Assembly (NCBI GenBank): GCA_030264375.1
Contig: JASCQW010000099.1
Span: 56,276,524 to 56,340,523, forward strand
DNA length: 64,000 nt
Source: Carcharhinus longimanus
Taxonomy: Eukaryota
Direction: 5' to 3'
Position 1 is the first letter of the stretch. The number at the start of each line of letters is the position of its first letter. Under the pieces are notes generated by a model that saw nothing but the letters and a program-made list of their open reading frames with translations, was not told the DNA's origin and ran no database searches. Below are positions 1-12,260 of this stretch, in pieces. The translations under genes were made by a program, and so were the position numbers.

Positions 1-129
1 GTATCCGAAGTCTCTATGGATCGTCTCCCCTCAGATCTTCCCAGTACTAATTAGGGATAAAATAACTAATTTGGCTTAATTAAGAACTTGCAAACATTAT
101 AATATATGTAAAGTAAAACAGTACATATA

Positions 130-790
130 ATAATTCTGCTAGACCGTGACTCATTTCAAAGGAACATGGATTAAATTGGGCATTTCATGACCCATGAAAT
201 GTAATGTGGAGTGAAACTTTTTGGGAGGAAGAATGAGAGGAAAGATGTGGCAAAACCTTTTTTTAAAAGCAAAACCGCAGAGAAAGATAGGGAATTAAAA
301 TGCACAAGCTTTACTATGATAAAGCCAAGCTTATAAGAATTTTAATTTAAACCAGCATCCCAGATTTTATGGACAGTGGTACTGGGTATGAAAACAAAGG
401 AATAATGATAAGTCTGTAGGAAACCTAGATATGTTGCAGTTAGAATTCAATGAAAACTAAGGTGAGGGCGGAAGAGATTTGCTAAGATGATATCAATGGT
501 GAAAGCCTTCAGTTATAAGGCAAGGGTAGAGAAACTTTGCAATAGAACTAAGAAAATTAGGAGACCTAATAGAGGTATTGAAATTTATGAGGTACTTGAC
601 AAAGAAAATTGCAGAGGAGAAATCTATTTCTATTAGTGAGTGGATAATTAAAGGGTATAAATTTAAGATTATCACCAAACAAATAAAGGAAGAAGTTAGG
701 ACTATATATTGGATTATTAGGACATAAGGTGCTTCACTAGAAACAGCGTGGGAACAAAATCCACTACAGCATTTAAAAGGGAAGGGATCT
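130..790 (+). mobile_element. Old, decayed CR1-type LINE 3' fragment
   Basis: Recognisable CR1 ORF2 C-terminal remnants (e.g. ggagacctaatagaggtattgaaatttatgagg, LIEV.K.M.G-like) with many stops and frameshifts. Boundaries approximate. Confidence 0.6.
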
Positions 791-1261
791 TCTTGGCAAA
801 TACAAGGCTATTATGGACATTATCGAAACTATATTCCATATCATTGAAATATGCCCACTAACTAAGATAACTGGTGATCTGTGCGTTACATGCTGGTTGC
901 CAAGTCTATACATGGTAAATAATAAATGGAAGTGGTTAAATACTTGGCAAGGAAAATTTTCAAAAAATATGGAAAAAGATAATTAAAAGGGATAAACTGA
1001 GCAAGTCTTTGAAAGCGCTGGTACAAATTTGTGTACTGAGATCAACTTACCAAATACTTTATAGATTTTACTTAGTCTGTAGCATAAATCAAAGAGAGCT
1101 TTTTAAAGAAAAATCATAGCTTAGATGTTGTAGAATTCCTTCTCGTTTCTACGCTTTGGGTCATGCTGTCAATGCCCTTGACAGGCAGTTTGCTAACACC
1201 CCCAAAGTAAACTACTGAGTTCTACTATTAATTTCAATGTTTTAATAATTAATAATCATAA

Positions 1262-1681
<420 letters not shown>

Positions 1682-2329
1682 TAATGAATTTAACCTGTAC
1701 CCTATGGATAGTATAATAACTTCTGTGAAATAACTTCTCCCTGCTCCACACGAGTAAAGGGAAAAATAAATTTTTTATTGCGTATTATCCTGCTAAAGCT
1801 GCTAGAAAGTGTTTCTGTGTGAATGTCAGATATGACTTGACTGTTATATCTGCTACGTTAATGCTCTGGTAAATTCAGAACAATACCTCATGTCTTCAGA
1901 AGGGAAGAAAATTGAAGATTCACTGTAACCTTATAGTGTATGAATGAATTGGTGCGATAGGTTTTCATTTTAATTGTGTGGTAATCTGGTGGAGTGGAGC
2001 AGCCTTACTTTCAAGAAATCAATGAAATGTAAATTAAGCAGATCTGGTAAAAGTTGGATGATTTACTCTGCCAGATTACTTACTGCTCATTGTGAAAGAT
2101 AAAAATCTACTTCAGTATTCATTAAGTTCCTTAAATTAATTTGGAGGATTCCTTACCTTTTATAAATATGTAAAATTAACAGGATGGACCTTAAAATACA
2201 TTTATTTTCAATTAGAAAACAAACCAGTAAAAAATCAGATTGTAATTTGCTGGCCAGTAGTCAATATTTCCCAGTGATGACTTTCAATTACATTTTGCCA
2301 AGCAAACTTCCTATTACCAGTATTGGAAT

Positions 2330-3175
2330 CGTGAAGTGGGGAAAATGATGCAGTGATGCATTGATTTTCTTAACACTTGAGTGGTGTTTCAGTTGCCCAT
2401 CCTTTTCTTTGGCCCGTCACATTTAAATGATGTTGAGGGAATGGGGCTTGGAAAATCGGTCAATATGTCACTTTATTGCCATTCTGCAACCGGTACATCA
2501 CGATCAGGTGGTGGATGGCTGGGAGTTGAATTCAGTGGCATGGGGGCTAATCAAACAAACAGTTCTATCCTGTCCAGGTCAGTGGTGAATATACCATTAT
2601 ATTCTTATCTTTGGCCTTGTAGAAGGTGGAGAACTTTTGAGGGGTCAGGAAATGAACCACTCTTATAGAACCCAGCTTCTCATTTGATATGACTGGTCTA
2701 GTTAATCAATGGTGACTTCCACAAAGAATGGCACTGTGGCACAGAGATTAGCACTGTTGTCTCACAGTGCCACGGACGCGTGTTCATTTCCAGCCTTGGT
2801 TGACTGTCTGTGTGGAGTTCGCATATTCTCCCCATGCCTGCGTGTGTTTACGCTGGGTACTCTGGTTTCCTCCCACAGTGCAAAGATGTGCAGGTTAGAT
2901 GGATTGGTCATACTAAATTGTCCCTTTAATATTTAAAAGATGTATAGGTTAGGAGAATTTAGCATGGTAAGTATAAAGGGTTATGGGGATAAGGCCTGGG
3001 TATAGTGCTCTGTCCGGAGGGACAGCGTAGACTAGGTGGGCTGAATTGACTCCTTCTGCATTTCGGGATTCTATGATACTGATGCGGGACACAGTGATGA
3101 TGGTGCTAATTGAAATTGAGAGGGAAATGGCTGCGCTTTCTCTTCTTTGAGACGGTCATTACCTAACATTTATGA
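2330..3175 (-). mobile_element. Decayed LINE (CR1/L2-group family also at 27780, 49980 and 63680), interrupted by an HE1 SINE
   Basis: Sequence before 2729 and after 3078 is collinear with the copy at 50460-51240 (agaaggtggagaacttttgaggggtcagg ... tcaatggtgac ... gagacggtcatt). Confidence 0.55.
2730..3077 (+). mobile_element. HE1-type (V-SINE) tRNA-derived shark SINE, full length
   Basis: tRNA-like head ggcactgtggcacagagattagcactg, V-domain core tgtgtggagtt...ggtttcctcccacagt..aaagatgtgcaggttag, and CR1-like tail ending gattctatgat. Confidence 0.88.
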
Positions 3176-3194
3176 AGGTCTGAAATGTTATTAG

Positions 3195-3283
3195 TACAAA
3201 GAACAAAACAACAAAGAACAACCCAGCACGGGAAACAGGCCCTTCGGCCCAACGAGCCCGCGCCGCCGCATCCTCCTACACCT
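3195..3283 (-). mobile_element. Young retroposon 3' tail (CR1-type) running into a gap
   Basis: Reverse complement reads ggcggcgcgggctcgttgggccgaagggcctgtttcccgtgctgggttgttctttgtt, with CpGs intact. Confidence 0.75.
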
Positions 3284-3713
3284 NNNNNNNNNNNNNNNNN
3301 NNNNNNNNNNNNNNNNNNNNNNNNNNNNNNNNNNNNNNNNNNNNNNNNNNNNNNNNNNNNNNNNNNNNNNNNNNNNNNNNNNNNNNNNNNNNNNNNNNNN
3401 NNNNNNNNNNNNNNNNNNNNNNNNNNNNNNNNNNNNNNNNNNNNNNNNNNNNNNNNNNNNNNNNNNNNNNNNNNNNNNNNNNNNNNNNNNNNNNNNNNNN
3501 NNNNNNNNNNNNNNNNNNNNNNNNNNNNNNNNNNNNNNNNNNNNNNNNNNNNNNNNNNNNNNNNNNNNNNNNNNNNNNNNNNNNNNNNNNNNNNNNNNNN
3601 NNNNNNNNNNNNNNNNNNNNNNNNNNNNNNNNNNNNNNNNNNNNNNNNNNNNNNNNNNNNNNNNNNNNNNNNNNNNNNNNNNNNNNNNNNNNNNNNNNNN
3701 NNNNNNNNNNNNN

Positions 3714-3784
3714 CTTATTGAATGGCGGGGCAGGCTCGAAGGGCTAGATGGCCTACTCCTGCTCCTATTTCTTATGTTCTTATG
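3714..3784 (+). mobile_element. Young CR1 LINE 3' tail emerging from a gap
   Basis: cttattgaatggcggggcaggctcgaagggctagatggcctactcctgctcctatttcttatgttcttatg, near-identical to 15625-15699. Confidence 0.8.
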
Positions 3785-4254
3785 AATACAAAACGATGTT
3801 GCAGCTAATTGTGTGTTTTTCTTTCTGTATTGATCTTTTAATGTGTAAAAGGTAACGCAATGTATTTTATTTACAACGCTTTGCGACATTTGCACTGGCA
3901 TTAACTCACTTTTTATGCTTTATTTTCTTCTTGCTTTCTACTTTTTCCATTTGCATGCTTCTTTATTTCTGTGGCTTGATCCTCTTTTGGGGTTTGAAGA
4001 ACTGGAATCATCGTGCTGTAACTAAAGTAGGCTTTCTATTTCATAAGATATGTTTAATGTGCCTTCTCTAAAATGCTTGAAAGTTATAATGGGTCACAGT
4101 TTTTAAAATAATGCTCGCCTTGTGTTGCTTGGCGTTGATATTTGTATAATTGTTTTATTTGTGCTCCATTAACTTAGTATAGCTAATTATTGCCAAGAAG
4201 TTTGGAGAAAGAATGCCATTTAATCTATGTATAAAAGTGTGTCTAGCTAGCATC

Positions 4255-4720
4255 ACAGAATTGTTACAGCACAGAAGGAGGCCATTAGGTCTGTCACGTC
4301 TATCATGCCTATACTAGTGCTTATATAAGTTTTGCATAACCTTTTTCTTAAAAAGGTGTTCCGTGCCCCGATTAATAAAGCCTAGGATACTGAATGCTTT
4401 ATTAATTGTGCTTTCAACTTGCCCTGCCATCTTCAATGACTTATACACACATACACCTGGGTCCTGCTGCTCCTGCACCCCTTTTACAATTGTATCCTTC
4501 ATTTTATATTGTCTCTCCATGTTCTTCCTACTGAAATGAAGCACCCACTTCACACTTGATTGCATTGAACATCATCTGCCACTTGTCTGCCCATTCCAGC
4601 AACTTGTCTATGCCCTATATCCACTTTGTCCACTATCCTCCCACAGTTCACAATACTTCCAAATTTCGTATCATCCATAAATGTGAAAATTGTGCCCTGT
4701 ATACCAATGTCTAGGTCATG
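4255..4720 (-). mobile_element. CR1 LINE fragment
   Basis: ORF 4314..4565 (VLHFSRKN...GVQEQQDPGVCVYKSLKMAGQVE...ILGFINRG) is CR1 ORF2 C-terminal sequence; a tail remnant lies at 4255-4295. Confidence 0.8.
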
Positions 4721-5244
4721 AAGATGCACAGTTTGATTATTTGCAATTGGAATGAATCATTTAGTTACAACCAATATAAAAATGTATAAAGGTTGTTTCT
4801 AGTATATATCCATTGTGTCATGTTATGATGCATTGTATAATTTTTATGGCTTTCTTCACCACTTTCTTGCCTATGCACACGTAGTGAGCAGCTGAAAACA
4901 ACATTAAATGTTGCATGACATTTTTTAAATGAGTTGCATAAGGAACATCCACATAATCTTCATTAATTCCATTAATATGATCGGATAAATATCATTTGCT
5001 ATATTAATGAAATAACAGATATCTATATGATCTTCTATATGTTTGCTGGAGCAGACGAGTGAAGGATCAGAGAGAGAGATAAGATTTTACCTGTTAAAAA
5101 CCTGTTTAAATAAGTTTAAAGCACTTTGTTCTTTGTAGAACTGTNNNNNNNNNNNNNNNNNNNNNNNNNNNNNNNNNNNNNNNNNNNNNNNNNNNNNNNN
5201 NNNNNNNNNNNNNNNNNNNNNNNNNNNNNNNNNNNNNNNNNNNN

Positions 5245-5350
5245 CGAGTGTAGGGTGTCGAAATTTGCTGATGACACCAAAATTGGTGGAAAGGCAAATT
5301 GTGCGGAGGGTGGTGAGAGTCCACAGAAGGATCTAGATAGGCTGGGCGAA
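5245..5350 (+). mobile_element. CR1 LINE reverse transcriptase fragment
   Basis: Translates ECRVSKFADDTKIGGKANC...QKDLDRL, containing the RT catalytic FADD motif. Confidence 0.85.
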
Positions 5351-6352
5351 GGATGCTTGAGTAAGATGAATTTCAATCAATGGGTAACATTGAGTTCTAG
5401 CTTTTATTTTCACAAGTGGCATGGGCTATTCTGACTTTTTCTTGATTGCTGTTCCACATTAGTGACAGGACATTCATAACTCACTGTTAATCAGATATTG
5501 CCTTTTTTCCTTACTCTTTTTGTAATTCCTTGTTTTATATCCCTTAATAGCTGAATCTGTTAATAAAGAGTCAAATCAGCCAGTAACAATATTCTAATTT
5601 TCATATCCAACCAGACAACTAGTTTTTCACATATCTGATAACCTATTAGGCTGTTGAATGGTAACTGATTATTTTTCATACAAAGCATGCAAAGGCTGTG
5701 ATTTCAATATTAATATCCATCCCCATTACCAGTAAAACATGGGGACATTGGGAATGCATCCCCAATCTGCTATGTACATTGTTGTTTCTTGCAACGGCAA
5801 GTTTGAAAGCTTGCGGGATCCTTCATGACCATATTTATTTCAGACTTTCACAGAGCAATTGCGAGTTTGGTTTAAATTTAATAGTTGCTGGTTGGGATTT
5901 CCAGGGTTCAGAAAATACACAACGGAAGGGAAACGGGCACCAAGAAGGTTAATTGACTGTGTTCCTTGAGGGCCAAGAGGAACGGGATTGCTGAATCTGG
6001 GCTCCAACACTGCTGATTGCAACCATCCTGTCCAACTAAATCTGATTTCTGTCCCTGTCCCTTCTGAATTGGCATCTCTTCCCTTCTGCTTTGTCTCGAT
6101 TGTTCCCTCCCTCACTTCCTCAATGGTCTGACTTCACTCCCCCATTCTCTGCAAGCTCGCTATATCTCTCTTACTCTCTCTCATGATGACCTTACCCCCA
6201 GTCAACAATCTCTTGCTATTAAAAGAGTCTATTTAATGTAGAAGGACTAAAAAAATCTGATGTATAGCTTTGGAAATGGTTGAAATGTTCTATTATTGTT
6301 AATTTTATTTTTCATGTTCATATATACTTACTGATGTAATTCATTTTTGCAG

Positions 6353-6782
6353 GGCATCAGCAGTCTCTTCAGCTCCCTGAAAGTTGTTAGGCTTCTTCGT
6401 TTAGGCCGAGTCGCACGGAAGTTGGATCATTACATTGAATACGGAGCAGCTGTCTTAGTACTACTGGTGTGTGTTTTTGGGCTTGCAGCTCACTGGCTGG
6501 CTTGCATCTGGTACAGCATTGGGGATTATGAAGTGATCGATGAAGAATTAAACAAAATCAGAACAGACAGCTGGCTCTATCAATTAGGAGAAACTGTAGG
6601 AATGCCATATCATTTCAACACAAGTGGGACAGCAAAATGGGAAGGTGGACCGAGTAAAGACTCTGTGTACATTGCCTCACTCTACTTTACAATGACCAGC
6701 CTTACCAGCATTGGATTTGGTAACATCGCTCCAACAACAGATGGTGAGAAGATTTTTGCTGTGGCTATGATGATGATTGGCT
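6353..6782 (+). CDS. KCNH1: KCNH1 coding exon, S4-S5-pore-start of S6 (human exon 7 equivalent)
   Basis: Acceptor tttttgcAG|GGC and donor GGCT|GTAAGT; 430 nt, phase 0-1. Contains S4 [14 protein letters not shown] and the EAG-type selectivity filter TSIGFGN. HYIEY, GLAAHW and KIFAVA are KCNH1-type. Confidence 0.96.
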
Positions 6783-7582
6783 GTAAGTACATCCAAAGAC
6801 TTTATTTTCTGTGTATACAATAGCATTGTTTTTCCACTTTTATAATCAGCTTCTGGGTGTTAATTAGTTGATGTGAATAAGAATCATTTAGATGTAGTGC
6901 ATTCTGGATCCTCATAAATCACTGCATGGAAAAACAGAAAGTTTCATCTTCTGTAAAATCAATGTGAAAAATTAGCACTAAGTTTCATGAGAATTTATTT
7001 ACAAGTAAAAACAAAACAGAAAACAAATTAACAAGAAAAATTAGATAATCAGACGGAATAATGATAATGGTATAAAGTTATGCAACTGTGTCGTTTAATT
7101 TGCTGACAGCTGTTCCCAAAGAAATTTGGCCATCCATTTTAATTGGACATCCTATAGAATGGTATGAAATGGTGGAAATGATGCTAGCACCTCCCAAGTG
7201 CTTCTGTCATTTAACCACCCATTAAGGTAAGGTGGGCATCTCCGATATCATTGTCCACACCCATTCCAGAGGTTTTGCTGAGGCATAGAGTTGGCGGAGC
7301 TCTGTAGTTATTGAACTCCTGAATATTTTCCACACTCAATTACCTACTTAACATTACTGAAGTGAACACCTGGCAGTAGATATCCAGGCTGTTTTGTATC
7401 AGGTGCCTCAGGTGGAGGCTTTGGATGAGGAAGCTTAATGCATTGCTCTCCTGACTGTTGTAACTGGTTTAAAGATATTATTTGCCATTTTTAATTCTCA
7501 CTTTGGGTATGTAAAAGTTTCTAATTAATTCCTCACTCAGCTTTTTACTCCATTTTTTCATTCAAGGATTAAAATAAAGTAA

Positions 7583-8100
7583 TCATGACATCTGCCTGAG
7601 AGGCAACGCTGCCTTGATTTGATGGCTGCTGATCACCTGTATATTGATGCAGTAGATGTATTTGTAATTCTTAAATCCATTACATTCTGTTAAGAGACCC
7701 AGGTGGCTTCTTGGTTCCATTAATGATGCCCTTCCCTTCGGCATCTTATGATGTGGAAAATGTGCAAGATAGTCTTGCTTTGCTGTGATATTTTTATGGG
7801 CAAAGTGCTGAAGATGTTTGCTGAATTGCTGGTTGCAATTCTGTCCGCTAAATTCATGAATGTTGTTACTCTTCCCTGTAGTTTGAAAGGATCTGGAGAC
7901 GGAAAGCAAGCCTTTGCTGATGTCTGCAGGTCTGATTCCAGTGGACAATTCTCAGCCTCTCTACGGAAACAGAGAGGCTGGGAATGGAGTTGTCCAATGT
8001 CGAGTAGGTGTGTGCATGAGTTTATACACATGGTTTCATGAAAGCAGAGGTTCCAATACTCTCTGCATCCTTTCATTTACTTCGTTATCCTCCAAAATAC
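7583..8100 (+). mobile_element. Possible highly decayed Harbinger transposase remnant
   Basis: Scattered motif echoes only: RWLLGSINDA (compare ARWPGSxHDA) and KQRFQY (compare LKxRFxxL). Weak. Confidence 0.3.
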
Positions 8101-8341
8101 TCAAACAACAGGAGTATCTATAGTAATATCTGTATTCAAAATTTAGATTTTAACAACCAAAAAAAACCTTGAAACACTCACTTCCCGAAAGGCTTGTTGT
8201 TACTGGTCATTATTCCCAGAAACCCCCATTTTGAATAGGCTTTCTGAACACAGATTAATTTTCTACAAAAACTAGAATGATTTAGGCTGGCATCAAATAT
8301 CAGCAGGAAACTACCACACTGCAGTTCAAGAATGGCACAGT

Positions 8342-8482
8342 GGCACGGTGACACAGTGGTTAGCACAGCTGCCACAGAGGGACCCAGATTCAATTCTGGC
8401 CTTGGATGATTGTGTGGAGTTTGCACATTCTCCCCGTGTCTGCGTAGGTTTCCTCCGGATGCTCTGGTTTCTTCCCAGACAG
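8342..8482 (+). mobile_element. HE1-type SINE, 3'-truncated
   Basis: ggcacggtgacacagtggttagcac...tgtgtggagtttgcacattctccccgtgtctgcgtaggtttcctcc. Confidence 0.85.
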
Positions 8483-8789
8483 CCTTCCACCTGATGAGAA
8501 TTAATGACTCAATCAGTTCAGGTTCAGAAGCCAAACAGAACAATCTGTTTTCTTGCCATTTCAGGAAATGTAGTTTAATGGGGTGGCTTTAAACATTCTA
8601 GGACTGGAAAGATGGGAGAAATGATTCAGAAGAATGTATCCTGGTAAAAATGCTTACAGGTCACAGACAAGTGATCTTGGTTATTCTAAAGTGGATCATG
8701 TAAGGAGATTTGCATTAAACAGCCAGGTTATTGGAGAGACAGTGGGAAATGTTTCACTTAAATTGTATATTTGTAAATATTTCTATACA

Positions 8790-9030
8790 TTTTGATTTGA
8801 TTTATTATTGTCCCATGTATTGATATACAGTGAAAAATACAGTTTCTTGCACACTATACAGACAAAGCATACCATTCATAGAGAAGGAAAGGAGAGAGTG
8901 CAGAATGTAGTATTACTGTCATAGCTAGAGAGAGATCAACTTAATGTGAGTTCGGTTCATTCAAAAGTCTGATGGCAGCAGGGAAGAAGCCGGTGTTGAG
9001 TTGGTTGGTAAGTATCCTCAGATTTTTGTA
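8790..9030 (-). mobile_element. 5'-truncated Rex1/Babar-like LINE 3' end
   Basis: Reverse complement ends ...caataataaatcaaatcaaaa (short tandem tail) and contains the cagcttcttccctgctgccatcagactt-type ORF end (SFFPAAIRL-like). Family assignment from memory. Confidence 0.65.
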
Positions 9031-9067
9031 TTTAATTGTAATTAATTAATTACAATTAATTAATTAA

Positions 9068-9237
9068 GCCTGATATTGTTTGAAGAGTGTGATTTTAGAG
9101 TGAATTGAAGTTCCATGTACTCTGCATCAGATCATTTATTAATTTCCTGCACCATGGGACAGTTCTTTTTTGAGGCATAGGTGCTGACTTCCTTGTTGCC
9201 TTCTCCCAGGCTGGTGTGCTAAGGTGGGAGACCTCCT
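9068..9237 (-). repeat. Inverted ~170-bp copy of 10759-10934 (Harbinger Myb/SANT exon fragment)
   Basis: The reverse complement aligns by eye to 10759-10934 with about 28 mismatches, one 7-nt gap and one 1-nt gap (about 80-85% identity). Confidence 0.9.
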
Positions 9238-10679
9238 TAATAAATTAACTAATTAATTTTTCTGCCACTCTTGACAAAGTGAAACCATGCTAATCTGATT
9301 TTTATTTTGATGTTTTTGGAATGTGTTTTTAACAGCTTAGAAATCTCACACTGCTAATGTGCAAAACAGACAGAAGAAGAGGTTGTCAAATTGTGATGGC
9401 ACATTCTTTGACACTTCATACATTCGTCAACGCAATAGATCTTCTATGTACTCGGTGCATTTCCAAAAGTTCAGGCTATAATCAACTGTTTACACGTTGA
9501 GATACGGGTATTTATAATTCCATTACCATGCATACAGCATCAGTACTGTGTTTACAGCTGAGATCCTTGGGACTATGAATGATTGTTATCCACAATTATT
9601 CAGCTGTGCCAGCATTATCTGAATGGAGAGGTCATCTACAAGTATGAGTTCAAAAGAGTGGAAGTAAAACTGTACTTTGAAACTGTGGTCACCATAACTA
9701 GATAATAGAGGGATTCCAACATGCACCTAACTGTCTGTTATTGAGTCATTTCTTTGGACAGTCGAAATAAAGATGAAGATGTACAAGTGGTGACTATTTG
9801 CAGTATAACTCAATAATACATTTGCAGTTTGTTGCATTCTATATAATTTAGCAATAGAGAGAGTGGTCAGTGGTTTTTAGGTGGAAAAGAAAAAGAGAGA
9901 GGAAAAGGTAACTCTACCCTAACGAGGAAGTTGTTGAACTAACACTCTAAACTCTGAGTTTGATGGAGTTTAATGAAGTTAATAAATTTAATGACTTGCA
10001 ACCAACATCATAAAGAATCACAAACTTGTTCAGTAACATAAATTGTCATCTTAATAAGACAATGAAATGATCCCAGTAAAGGGAAGGAATGTGTAGGTAA
10101 CTAAATGCATGGCAAAGGCATTTGATCCGAATGGAAAATAAAGCATGGATTCTCTTTTGCGTTCCATCCTGAAGTTGTAAGGGATTGGGGTGAAGAGTGA
10201 AATACAATTCAAGGGACATGGCTGTAAATACAAGGGCACATAATAAGCTTGTAAAAAATGTATCCTTGACTAATACGCATTTTGCAATGGTTATATAAGA
10301 CTGGGACTGGAACAGTAAAATTATTTCATTAACCATCCATTAGGGATTAAAAAATAAAGCAGCGATATAAGTCAATGGATGGAATTTCCCATTCTGGAGA
10401 TTTATGTTGGCGGGGAGGGGGGTCATGTGAAAGTCAGCATTCCTGCTGGGCATCAATGTGGATTTTTACACCTAGATTGCACTTTTCAGCTTATTAATTA
10501 TTCATCAATGAAGAATTCGGTGAATCTTGTGACAGGGTTTGTCGTAATTTGCCTGCCCTGCCATTATCACTTGGGGTCATAGGACCAAATACCATATTTA
10601 AACAGCACCTGCATGGACATTTGCTCACAACAGGCCAGGTGTAGGCTGAACATCTGCATTAATGTGGTGACCTAATACA

Positions 10680-12260
10680 ACAAACTCTTGGCTACACGGT
10701 TCAGTAAGGGATTCTACTCCAGGGAAGGCAGAAGGTCCTCTTTCTGAAGGTTGGGAGGAGGAGGTCTCCCACCTGAGCACACCAGCCTCGGTGAAGGCAC
10801 CAAGCAGGTCAGCGCCTATGCCTCAAAAAGAACTGCCCCACGATGCAGAAAGTGAATGAATGGTCTGATGTACTACGCAGGTTACATGAAACTTCTACAC
10901 ATTCTGAACTCACACTCTTATAACAGTATCAAGCAGTTTGAAGCTTAGAGTCCACTGGGATGCCTCATATTTCCAGCAATTGGGACATCGGCATTGCATA
11001 TCTGTCAGCCTCTTTAAGATCACCATATCATGTAATATCCTACACAGATGGCATCTTAATTCCTTACTGAATAGGACATGGCATACATAATTGACAAGCA
11101 AGTTTATGAAATGCTTATTCATCCGTAGTGCTTGCATCCAGTAATGCAGGACGAGATCATCCACAAAAGTGGGAGAGAGCCAAGACAGGATCCCCAGAAC
11201 TCAGGAAATTCCCTTGCCACAGGGAACAAACAGCAAAGATGTCTTGGGAGGACAGAGATCGCTCCTGAGCAGAGGCGAGATTGGCGTCCCCCAACTATCA
11301 GTGAGGGTCCATCTGGTGTACCTCGGCCACATGTCGATAATGACTGTACACAATCTGTAATGGAGCAGCCTTCCTAGTCAGTGACTAACTATCTCTTCTC
11401 TATATTCCAGTCACCAGTCTGAAAAGGCAGAGGAAGAGTTACAGCAAGTGCCAGCCCAAAGAGCTCTTCAGATGAGCAGGCAGAGGAAGCATATATTGGA
11501 AGACCCACTGCTGTGTTCACCTGCACCCTCTACAAGTGCAGATACATGGACCTTGGTGGATCCTAGTTATAGAGTAGGGTTGGGGATCACAATCTGATGA
11601 TCATCTCACAGGCATATGTTCACAGGAGGCAGTGACAACCAATGTCTGACCATTAGATGGGGACTCCTGCAGAGTCAGGGGTTGATGATGAACCCCTGCT
11701 GTTGGCCCTGAGAGAAATGTTGGAGATAACAATGACAAGCAAGGGAAAACCAGACAGTCAGAGGTTGTTACCAGACAGGAACGAAGAATGGAGGACTCCA
11801 TCTGCATTCAGTCTGATGTTATGACTCCAGCATCCAAGTGTATTAAAGTCTTTATTGGAAGGGTGGTAGCTGACTAGATGTCTCAGGTCTAGAAATTTCT
11901 GCTGCATTTGTGTTCAGGCCTGCTCACCATTGTCCTATCCATGCGTGTGTTCCAGCAGTGGTTAGTCAAGAGAGAGAGAGAGACAGGGCATTTCTACCTC
12001 CTTCCAGGTGCACCTTCTCTTCAAGGAGTCAGGGAGAGCCCTCAGGCACCCAAAGGGAGGAAGAGTGTCAGCAAGACATTCCAAATCCTGCTTGTGCCTC
12101 CATCAACCTCAGCAGGTCAGGCTGAAGAAGATGTACCTGCCCCAGAGCAGGAGTCCAATTACAGAGCAGGTTCTCCAGGTTGCAGGTCTCCAAAGGATAC
12201 TAAAGTCATTTCTGACAACAGAGTATATCTGTCTGCAGGTTGTCTGCACCCCTGTGGATA
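10680..12260 (+). pseudogene. Harbinger Myb/SANT-like DNA-binding partner gene remnant (about 3 exons)
   Basis: Frameshifted motifs ATRFS...VLF...QVSAYASKRTAPRCRK*MNGL before a donor at 10881; acceptor 11149 then DEIIHK..ERAKTG...EDRDRS..GEIGV with a donor at 11301; acceptor 11410 into an acidic, low-complexity exon. Typical of MSANTD/NAIF1-like Harbinger proteins. Confidence 0.65.
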
